Shown here in pieces: positions 53,330 to 64,000 of a stretch of 64,000 bases of DNA. Where the stretch lies: the NCBI RefSeq assembly GCF_006345805.1, contig NC_043013.1:57474001-57538000 (forward strand), written 5' to 3'. Numbering within the stretch: the stretch's first letter is position 1; every line of letters begins with the position of its first letter. A program made the position numbers and the translations under genes. Source of the stretch: Octopus sinensis. Its lineage: Eukaryota. The notes below the pieces were generated by a model that was not told the DNA's origin, ran no database searches, and saw only the letters and a list, made by a program, of their open reading frames with translations.

Positions 53330-53780
53330 TAGTTTTATTTTTATATCGTGCTTTCACTTCACTACCGAGCGCAGCTCTGTGTGCCTTGGGTATGTGCTGT
53401 GATTTGTTTATCATTACTGCTGTTGTTGTTATCAATAATATCAATACGACAACTTTTTGTTTATGCGCGTACGTACCTGTGGGATGTGTCACACTTACTT
53501 CAAACGAAGAAGTGAGTGGCAAAGTGAGAGAGAGATCAGAGAAGAAGTAAGAGAAAAAAGGAGAGAGTAAGAGAGAAAGAGTGAGAGAGAGAGACAGTGA
53601 GTGGTGACAGTGACCGTTTTGAGTTTTTAAGTGTTTATCAGTATTTTCAGAGTAGACTGAAACATACATCGCCAGAAAAGTAGATACATAGATCGAAAGT
53701 AAAGTAGATACATAGATCGAAAGAAAAGTAGATACATAGATTCATACACACATTGTTAAACTAAACTTTTCATTCACTCT

Positions 53781-54110
53781 GTTTAAGAAATGGCACTCCG
53801 TCGTTTACGACGACGAGCTTCCTGTTTATCTGCTCAACAGAACATTCTACTCGTGAAATTGACGCACATGTAGCTGAGTACTCCACAGACATGCATACCA
53901 TAACGAAGTGCTCATGGTTACTCAGCCTCAGATTATGACAGGGCTGGTCCCTTTAAATTACAGCTACAACTCACTTTTTCCAGCTGAGTGGACCACAGCA
54001 AGGTGAAGTAGAGTACCTTGCTCAAGAACACAGCACGCCGCAGGTAACCGTGCTCATGACTTCACGATCGTGGGCCGAATACCCTTAACTACTGAGTCAC
54101 GGACCTTCAC
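53781..54110 (-). mobile_element. tRNA-derived SINE, third family, diverged
   Basis: Minus strand GTGAAGGTCCGTGACTCAGTAGTTAAGGGTATTCGG head and GTTCTTGAGCAAGGTACT..TCCACTCAGCTGG core-like segment. Confidence 0.6.
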
Positions 54111-54621
54111 GCCTTTAACCTTAGAGAAAAGGAACGAAACGATAGAGACAGAGAAAGGAAAACATCAGCCATTTACAACGACAACTAAACAGAAAGACGA
54201 TCGACCTTTTCCAGCTTCTTTACATTTAACAACGAAAATGAGGGAAAGACTTTCAGGTGTTTACGTTTTTATTCTGGGAGTTCTAGAACGATCGAACGTT
54301 AGTTCATTCTTCTTTCCCTCACCCCGGAACTTATTAGCCTACTTTCATAGATCTTCATGCCGTGTTTTTTTCAGGCACATTTAACGCTTTCTACAAGCAA
54401 GCCCAGCTTCCTTCTCTTCTTTTTTCACGCATGATTACCCGGAGCAGATTCATTATTTACTTTATTTACTGCTTCCAATTTGTTTGGCAGACGGTCAGAC
54501 CGTCATTTAAAGATGATTTCGTTAAATATTGTTATTGGTCTTGTTGAATAAAATGTGTTGAAAAAAAGCCGCAAAATTATGCACCAACCCAATATATATG
54601 TTTGTATATATATATATATAT

Positions 54622-54657
<36 letters not shown>

Positions 54658-54671
54658 GTGTGTGTGTGTGT

Positions 54672-54704
<33 letters not shown>

Positions 54705-54755
54705 TTATAATATATATATATATGTATATAATATGTGTATGTATGTATGTATATA

Positions 54756-54796
<41 letters not shown>

Positions 54797-54837
54797 ATCA
54801 TATATATATAGATATATGCTTTCATACATATACATTC

Positions 54838-54878
<41 letters not shown>

Positions 54879-55598
54879 GGCTGCCCCCTCCTTATCGAGT
54901 ATGGCCATTGCACGAAGCTTAACTGTTACTGGTGCTGTGATCGAATGTTACTATTTTAGCCCAGCCAAAGATCTACAACGTCTTGTACAAAATTAGCAGC
55001 TAAAACCTTTACTGGTAATAACCGGCTGTAGTGGTAACTGGACTTCATGTACCTTTGCATGTCGTTTAAGTCCTCCTGCCGAATTACACTCTCTTCCACA
55101 TGTCCGACAGATATGATTAGTATGGTGTGTTACACCACCACCAGTGGTCAGGTTGTCACTCATCTGTCTCGCTTTATGACTACGAAGATGACTCTTGAGT
55201 CCAGCTTTACTGAGGCAGGGTCTTGCACAGACATTGCATGTCAGCATCAAAGGAAGACCCTTCTCTTCTGGAAGTGTAACAGCGATACCCTTCCTGACAT
55301 CCCTCCTTACTTTCTCATGCGCAACTCGAGATTTCTCAAAAGTAGCTATCCCCTCGTGCACAATCCTTCTCCACCTGCTACGGTCAGTGGCTATGCCCTC
55401 CCATGCGTCAGGAGAGATGCAAGCATCTCTTAATGAAGCCTTCAGCAAGTCCTTATGACTCTTGTTTGGTTTATGTGAGTGTTGTTCTCCTTTAGCTAAC
55501 TCTCCATAAAAGAGTTGTTTTGGCATCCTTGAATCCTTCATCCTGACCAGATGACCACTCCATCTGAGCCTTTGCTTTAACACAAGAGCTTGTGTCTC
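54879..55598 (-). mobile_element. RTE/BovB-type LINE 3' fragment with tandem C2H2 zinc fingers
   Basis: QRLRWSGHLVRMKDSRMPKQLFYGEL, WEGIATDRSRWR; fingers CNVCARPCLSKAGLKSHLRSH and CRTCGRECNSAGGLKRHAKVH plus a decayed third; short 3' UTR then (TA)n. Confidence 0.88.
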
Positions 55599-55670
55599 AT
55601 ATATATATATATATATATATATACATTCATATATACATATATATATACATTCATACACACATATATATAT

Positions 55671-56075
55671 CTCTTTTACTCTTTTACTTGTTTCAGTCAT
55701 TTGACTGCGGCCATGCTGGAGCACCGCCTTTAATCGAGCAACTCGACCCCAGGTCTTATTCTTTTGTAAGCCCAGTATTTATTCTATCGGTCTCTTATGC
55801 TGAACCGCTAAGTAACGGGGACATAAACACACCAGCATCGGTTGTCAAGCAATGCTAGGGGGACAAACACAGACACACAAACACACACACATGCATATAT
55901 ATACATATATACGACGGGCTTCTTTCAGTTTCCGTCTACCAAATCCACTCACAAGGCTTTGGTCGGCCCGAGGCTATAGTAGAAGACACTTACCCAAGGT
56001 GCCATGCAGTGGGACTGAAGCCGGAACCATGTGGTTTGTAAACAAGCTACTTACCACACAGCCACTCCTGCGCCT
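55671..56075 (-). mobile_element. tRNA-derived SINE, full length, young
   Basis: AGGCGCAGGAGTGGCTGTGTGGTAAG head through a TGACTGAAACAAGTAAAAGAGTAAAAGAG tail. Aligns with 29969-30335. Confidence 0.92.
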
Positions 56076-56279
56076 ATATATACATTAATACATACATATA
56101 TACATACACACATATTATATATATATATACATATATATAGCCGATTAACGGTAGGAACTTCTGTAAAGTCGATGAACGGTAATCGGCTATATTTACATAC
56201 CGAATTCTACCAGTAAATAATTGTGGTCTTTTTTAAAAACCATTATAGAAATTATTTACTCTTATTATTATTATATTAT

Positions 56280-56282
56280 TAT

Positions 56283-56335
<53 letters not shown>

Positions 56336-56413
56336 TATATACATACATTTATATATATATATATATATACATACATTCATACATATATATATATATATAC
56401 ACATACATTCATT

Positions 56414-56447
<34 letters not shown>

Positions 56448-56636
56448 TATATATTATATATATATATGTATATATATATATATTCATACATACATATACA
56501 TTCATTCATACATACATACATACATATATATATTCATACATACATTATATATATATATATATACATACATTTATGTATGTATATACATATATATATATAC
56601 ATTCATACATACATACATACATATATATATACATAC

Positions 56637-56690
<54 letters not shown>
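56280..56690. repeat. (TA)n/(TACA)n/(TTCA)n compound array
   Basis: Direct reading. Confidence 0.95.
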
Positions 56691-56693
<3 letters not shown>

Positions 56694-58184
56694 AGTACTT
56701 ATTTTTGTAGCTAAAATATTTGAAAAGTACGTATCATTCCATCATTAACACTTCATATTTTATAGTTAAGTGCTTTCTGTTGCACAAGGACTTTTAAACA
56801 ACTTTCTTTAAAAAAGTTTTTGGCAAAATACGGAACCAAACATTTCATAATGCACACAAACACACACACAAGATACACTTATATACACACCCACAAAGAC
56901 ACACACACACACACGCACACACACACGCACAACACAGATGCACACACCTCATGCATATTCGAGAACCTAGTGAATGGCGGTTATTCACCGGTGTAATTTG
57001 CAATTAATTGAAGGAAAATCAAACACTGTAAGAGCGAATAATGTTGTTTACTGAAAGCTCATTTCTGGGAATTTCTGGTTCCCGTCCTAATAAAATATGG
57101 GCGTGTTTGCATGTGTATGTGTGTGTGCGTGTGCGTGCGTCAGTGCGTAATGGAATATAGTTGAATTTCTGCGTTGCAGACATCTAAGAAACACTGTCTC
57201 CTGTACTGTGTGTAGATTATATTCTTTACCGACGTCTTCAGTGTTTATTGTATCAATGTGAACCATTCTCTTCACAGATTCTTAGAATGCGATTTAATGT
57301 AGCTACATTTGAGTTTGCCTTAGAAAGAGAATATACATTCTGAAGACAAGTTACAATTCCAATTACTGCAATTTCGTTCAGAATGGTTGTTGTCTCACAA
57401 AGAGCGGTTGTAGAGGATTCCCCAACCAGATGTAAGCATCGTGGTGATCGGCTGCAGTTCTTATTTATAGTGTAAGGATATCAAGGCAGAGCAGTGATAT
57501 CAATTCTGAATTTACTCCATTTGTGCAACACCACTGAAAATGAAGAAATCGTTTCTACAGTTTTCAGAACTATTTTTTCAGAACATATTTTCAGGCCAGA
57601 GATTTTGACATCATTACGGAAGTGATTCGACTGCACGATACTGATAAACTGAAACTACAGTGAAATACCTGTCTACCACTTACGGCATCATATCTGAGTA
57701 ATTAAGTTTCGCCTGCCTGTGGAGTCTGTTTACTTTCTTTTTAATAAAATACGTCTTTAAATAAACCTCATTCACTGGCATTTAAGCAACACATGTATGT
57801 TAAGTATGTAGTACATTAAAGATTATATCATATAACTTATTGTTTAGCATAATCTGCATACACCCGTGTGTGCACCGTCTGTGTTTGTATATATGTATGC
57901 ATGATTTTAAATGCATAGGACGCTGCTTTACACCCATCTGCATTGTTTTACTATGTGGTTTGTAGCCTGGTCGAAAAGAACTGCTTTTTTTGTGACTACC
58001 ACCGGATTAGATAAATCCATATATTGTGCATAAATTTTATACAATCATGTGTGTACGTGTGTTTGATCGTATTTAGGGGTGAAATTGTTTATGTATACAT
58101 GCCTCTCACTCTCTCTCTATATATATATATGTGTGTGTGTGTATGTATTTGTATATATATATATATATATACATATATATATGT

Positions 58185-60269
58185 AATCAAAATAAGTAAC
58201 AAGGATATCCAGAGGTAATGCAGTACGATTGCTTCATGTGACTCCATTCAATTGAACAATGCAATTATTACTTCAGTTTTAAAATATAGAGCAATCTTCA
58301 GCTGCATAAAAATAGTTCTGAAAACTTATTATAAAATATACCTAGTATATTTATATTAATAGGTGAGGTAAGTTGTTATAAGAAATTTTCTTATAATTCT
58401 ATAATTTTTAGACTAAAATTAATATTTACTTATCATGGGAATTACCATAAGTGACTAGTGTTTAATACCGGATAAAGAAATGATTAAGTTACTGGGCAAA
58501 AATTATATCATTAACAAAACTTATTAAAATTTTGGGTTCTATTATAGATTTAAGAAAATGCTATTATTATTCCTTATATGATAATTTATAACATTTTTTA
58601 ATTGGTTCTTATTTATTTATAATCTAATTATAAAGCTTTCTAATACATTCAAAGATCATGAGGGTAGGGTTGGTTTAGGGAAATAGAAACCAAGTAACTT
58701 AGCGATTCCCATATAAATTAAATAATTCTATTTACATTGTAAGATTTACATTTTGGTTACCTCCCTTGCACTGTATTTTAAAGATTTTGGTATGTGAGTC
58801 AATTAATGCCTTATTTATTGAGAATCTCCTCATAAAAAGATCTTCTAAATCTCCTTAATTAATATTCAAAACCTGATAAAAAATAGATAATAATATCTAA
58901 ATTACTTGGTTTCTATTTCTCTCATGATCTTTGTATGTATTAGAAAAGCTTTATAATTAGATTATAAATAAAGAAGAAAATAACATTTTATAAGTACCAA
59001 TTAAAAATATTATAAATTATCATATAAGGAATAATAATAGCATTTTCTTAAATCTATAATAGAACCCAAAATTTTAATAAGTTTTATTAATAATATAATT
59101 TTTGCCCAGTAACTTAATCATTTCTTTACCCGGTATTAAACACTAGTCACTTATGGTAATTCCCATGATAAGTAAATATTAATTTTAGTCTAAAAACTAC
59201 AAAATTATATGAGAATTTCTTATAACAACTTACCTCACCTATTAATATAAATATACTAGGTATATTTTATAATAAGTTTTCAGAACACAAATCTATTCTA
59301 CCCCTTATCTATGATATTCTACAATAATTTATATTTATTTTTCATTATACTCATTCAAATTCCTTTATTTTAATTTTAATCCATTGTTTCTTACTTATTC
59401 ACTCACTATATCATTTTATTGATAATATATTTCTATAGATTTCACACTCAACCTATACAGAACCATACTGATATATTTCACTATATATTTTATAATACAA
59501 AAAATATGTTCTAAGGTTATTAGCATAAAGAAAATATATAAAGTTTTAACATATTCCTTTAATTTAACTCATTAATTAACTATAAATATATATTGGGTTG
59601 GTATAGAAACTTATATAAATATGAAATTATTTCTATATTCTCCATCCCTATTTTGTGTAAAATACTGAAATTATTCTGGCTTCTAGTGAAAAAAAGACTC
59701 TCTAAAATGTACCTGAATATTTCAAATTATCATTGGGGTTATGGTTGTCAAATAGTTAAGTATTATAAGTTTTACTCTCCCTTGCCCATCAGCTTTAGCC
59801 TGCAAATTTGGCTGAACCCAATGGTTTTCACTTCAAAGAAATCTTGATTTATGACTCTGCCACTTAAACTGTCTTTTTACTCTATCCATAAAAAGATAGA
59901 TTCTAGTTTCCATTACACTTGATAAACTAGTCTACAAATTAGAACTAGCCCTCCCCCAGTAGTAACTCTAAATAACAAATTAAAATCAATGATAAGCAGT
60001 GTCTTCCTGTGAAAAAATATCAGTTACAACTATGATGTTGTTGATGAAACTTCTTCTTTGTCTATCTACTTATCCCCTTTGTGATTTTGGTTAATAGAAT
60101 AACTGTACAAATGAATCCTTTGAATTTAACTAAATTCTATATTTTTATGCAGCTGAAGATTGCTCTACATTTTAAAACTGATGTAATTTTTGCATTGTTC
60201 AATTAAATGGAGTCATATGAAACGATCGTACTGCATTACTTCTGGATATCCTTGTTGCTTATTTTGATT
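58185..60269 (+). mobile_element. Non-coding PLE-like unit with nested inverted repeats and hammerhead-like motif
   Basis: Outer arms 58185-58314 / 60140-60269; inner arms 58315-58702 / 58897-59286; ATGCAG-CTGAAGA..GAAACGATCGTA-CTGCAT at 60147-60236. Confidence 0.65.
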
Positions 60270-60571
60270 GTAATCACCCCGTTTTGAATTATATGGATAA
60301 TACCATACCCAATTCTGGTGCCTTTAACTTAAATACCATATTTAACTGAATCTAAATTTTACTGAACTTATGTATATATATAATTGCAAATATTACATAA
60401 AATTTCACTTCGAAGTTTGTGTGAACTGGCGTTGCAAGCAGAGTTGTTACCGATACAATTGTAACTGATCATAAAATGTGTTTCATCGTATTTCGTTGTG
60501 CTATTATTTGGCTTGTATATATATTTATATATATATGTATTTATATATATATATATACGTATATATGTATG

Positions 60572-60650
<79 letters not shown>

Positions 60651-60664
60651 CGTATATATGTATG

Positions 60665-60709
<45 letters not shown>

Positions 60710-60715
<6 letters not shown>

Positions 60716-61830
60716 GTAAAGAGTGAAAAAACGACAGAAGGCTTAAATGTTAAAAAATATATATATTTGCGTCAATATGTCTGAAGAAAATTAGAACATT
60801 TTTTAAACAAATTTTTTTTTTTTTTTTTTTCCTTTATAATGACATAATTTTTAAAGAAAGACCGGTTTCGCATTTAGCTTTTCAAATTTCTTGTGACGTT
60901 ATGTTTATGTTTAATAGAGTTATCCTTGTGTTTAAGCTCCGGAGAGTTCTAAATAAGGGAAGGTAGTGGGTGATTTCTTCCGGTGTAAGGGAGATAATCG
61001 CTTAAAAAATTTTTTCCTTTCCCTTAATGTGAATTTCTCTGTATCAGTATGTTCGGATGGTTGAGTCTGGGCTTGTACTTTTCAATGAAGAATGTTTCCT
61101 TGTTTAGTCTAATTTGTGTTGATGATCCGAAAGCACATTGGTAAAATGGAAAGATTAAAAATTGTGGTAGTAGTTGCTTTGCGCATTTCTCAATGTGCTC
61201 ACTAAAAGGTATCATTCTATATTCTGGGAATGCAATCTGTTGTCGATGCAGTGTGCATCTACGTCTGAGTGATAGTCCCGTGGAACCCACGTAGTCTTGG
61301 TGGCAGCCCGAGCATTTTATGACATAAATTATGTTTTCAGAGGCACAAGTAAAGTTAGATTTGATCTTGAATTTCTGTCCCTCTTTAAAGAGGAATTCTG
61401 ATCCTTCTAGCAGGTTAGGACATGTTGCACAGTTCGATCTACCACATTCTTTTACTTTTGCATCCGTAATTTCAGAAGACAATTTTGCCTTTGTGAGAAT
61501 CTTTTTAAGTGATTTAGGCTGTTTGTAGCTTTTAATGATTTGGTGTATGTTTAGAATTTCCTTTAATTTGGGGTTTTTATGAAGTATTGGTAATTCTGGG
61601 TGATGATGGTGAAGGCTTCTTTGTTTCTGGGGTTGTATGTAGATATGTAAGGTAGTATTTTCGGGGAAGGTGTGTTGTTGTGTTGAACTTTTCTTAAAGT
61701 TTCTATGTTGATTTCTGTTGCACGTCTGATCCCATCCTCTATGAGTTGAGCTGGGTAATGTCTGCTTTTTTCACTCTTTACTATTTTTTTTATATATTCA
61801 CCCACGTGCCTTCACAAACCAACTTTCTTA
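60710..61830 (-). mobile_element. Second Penelope-like element (Neptune-like), 5'-truncated
   Basis: HYPAQLIEDGI, LPYISTYNP, linker CGRSNCATC, GIY-YIG IIYVIKCSGCHQDYVGST..LRRRCTLH..KETFFI..PRLN. Pseudo-LTR 60710-61020; 22-bp inverted tip 60710-60731 / 61766-61787. Confidence 0.88.
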
Positions 61831-62602
61831 TCTATATATATATATATATATACACACACACTTTGAACTGAAGCCGTTCCTGCTATGTCCACCGCGATTA
61901 CATCTCTAAAGGCAAATATAGCAAAAATCTATTATCCATGGCAGAAAAATCATCAATTGGAATTTTTTAAACAATTTTCTGTAATTTTAATGAAGCATCT
62001 TTTAAATGATATTCTTAATAGAACATGAGAAGCTATCTGCTGCTATATGGTTCCAAAAATGTATAGGTCGATACAGTAAGATGAGTAAGATGAGAGAAAT
62101 ATTAGAAATAACATCAAGATTACGAGAAATTCAATAAAGTTTCTTAAATGATCGATGGTATTCCTGAGTGACTAACATTTAGCTACTCGCGAGCTCTTCT
62201 AGGCTTCATCACCAATTTGGTTCTCAACCAAAACGTATCCGCTTTTAGTAGTAGTAATGATCCAGTCTTCATCTACATGTTGGGATAATTAAAATTTGGT
62301 TCATTCAAAATGGCAGAGTAAAGTAGAAAATTGACCTTGAGTCAACACATCTCAATTACTTTAAAGGAAAAGTGTTGATTAACTGGCTTTAAATGAATGG
62401 GCTCATTGAGAAACAACATTTAGTGAATACTTCGTTAAAAACTATTAGCTACAAAAAAAAAAGATTAATGTGATTTAAGTGACGAAAATATACTAAGTAA
62501 CCCCCAGAATTGACTTTGAATGAAAATATCTTGCCTTTGTGAAGGAAAACTATACATTAGTTGTATTCAAAGGAAAGGCCTTTGTGAGGTGAATCTTTTG
62601 GT

Positions 62603-63030
62603 GAAAACCTTGTCAAAAAATATTAGCTACGGAAAAGTCGTGTCGTAAAAAGTAACGTAAAAAATGTGATCATTTTAACAAATCGAAATATTTTTGTCAC
62701 TTTCAGATATTTAGCTTTATAAAAGTTATGAGTAACTTCGCTTAATGGTACAGAGCTCTTAGCTGAAGTTTGAGAGCTCTACAGTTCGTCACTCTGTAAT
62801 GGCTAAATGGCCAACGTTTCCTGTTTTCTAAGGGTTTTTAGCCAGTCTTCTCCGTTGCCTTCACAGTTATTCTGCGTTCTAATGAAAAAAAATATCGATA
62901 AGAAGAAAATTTTGGGGAAACCTTGTCAAAACGTATTAGCTTCAACAAAGTTGTGTAAATTAAAATGAAGACAAAAATTGATATTTTTAAGAATTCAAAA
63001 TATTTTTGTCTTTTTGAGAAAGATATTTGA
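62603..63030. repeat. Diverged internal direct repeats, possibly part of a non-autonomous DNA element
   Basis: AAACCTTGTCAAAA..TATTAGCT..AAATATTTTTGTC starts at about 62603 and again at about 62917. Termini were not identified. Confidence 0.3.
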
Positions 63031-64000
63031 ACTAAAATGAAAGGGTTCTAGGTAAGCCTTAAATTTAGGAAATAGTTCTAGTTATTTTAAACCATAATTA
63101 CTGATCGTGCATGCATGTAGCTAAATCGTTTCTTTTAGCATCTCTAAAGTATACCTGAACTCGCTCTCTCTGTGCAGATTGAAGTGTAAAGAATTCAATT
63201 TCAAGCTTACAACATCTCAAAGGTGGAGGCTTCAAAGTTATTCTATTTTACTTTGTCAAAAACCCCCAAAGTTACACGAAATGTATGGCTTTGATTCGAT
63301 TCTTAATTCAGGTTACAATGTAAAAGCAAAACATTCCAAGCAATATTATAATTTCATTATAAGTTTTACCAAATTCTTTGGCACTGAGAAATCAAAATTT
63401 GGAAATTAAAGAGTAAGTTATCAAAATAGAGGTATACTTATTATGAATGTTACCAAAACAGCTAATAATAGCGTTACTAATGTTTCATTGCTGTAAGAGT
63501 CGAGCTAAGCTAATATTATTATTGGAGCTAAATAAAACTTTTTGCTGGCAAACTCAATCTTAGATTAAACTGGGTTAATTAATCTTCATTTATGATCACG
63601 GACAAATTATTTCAGGCAGTCCTTAATGGTATTATACACTTGGCACTTGGCTCAAAATTTTAGTCTAATTTTATTACATATTTTTACTAAATTTTCACTT
63701 TATCGTTGATATTGTTAGCTGCTAGTTGTCATGTGATTTGGTTTACCACTATTTTTCAGAATTTATTAGTCAGAAATATTCAATATCTTATACATATTTC
63801 TAGTTTTATTTGGAATAAGTTATTTTTGTTAATAAAATGTTTGTATTCTTATGGAATGTAGTGTAAGTTATCAAGTCAAGGATGTTACATTCAAACGGTT
63901 ACACGGACCCAATTTGGGGTGGGTACATTTCATTTTATTTCGGTGGAATATCAGGTCAAAACCTAAAAATAAAGTTATTTGATGTGCAGACATGGTCGTG

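Noticed and set aside
58315-60140. Possible mitochondrial insertion (NUMT), suggested by extreme AT content
   Set aside because: No mitochondrial protein, rRNA or tRNA motif was recognisable in the frames I read, including with the invertebrate mitochondrial code. The inverted-repeat and hammerhead context points to a PLE-type element.

Overview
AT-rich, microsatellite-saturated eukaryotic intergenic or intronic DNA. It is most likely from an octopus or other coleoid cephalopod, inferred from tRNA-derived SINE families I recognise from memory and from the extreme (TA)n/(CA)n/(TATC)n load. No host protein-coding gene could be supported, and nearly all short ORFs in the track are translated microsatellites or antisense frames of transposons. 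The window is a retroelement graveyard: a near full-length Tx1-clade LINE (16.8-22.1 kb); RTE, R4/Dong, CRE and Helitron fragments; two Penelope-like (PLE) RT/GIY-YIG relics; many PLE pseudo-LTRs carrying minimal type I hammerhead ribozyme motifs; and several SINEs. The most striking observation is a candidate three-tier system. The Tx1 LINE sits inside the tRNA-derived head of a SINE at GTATTTCGTC. A 184-bp non-autonomous unit ending in a copy of the Tx1 3' end sits at the same motif, both next to the LINE and independently at 43.8-44.2 kb. This suggests a SINE-targeting, sequence-specific Tx1 with its own dependent SINE. All alignments and folds were done by eye, so coordinates may be off by a few bases.
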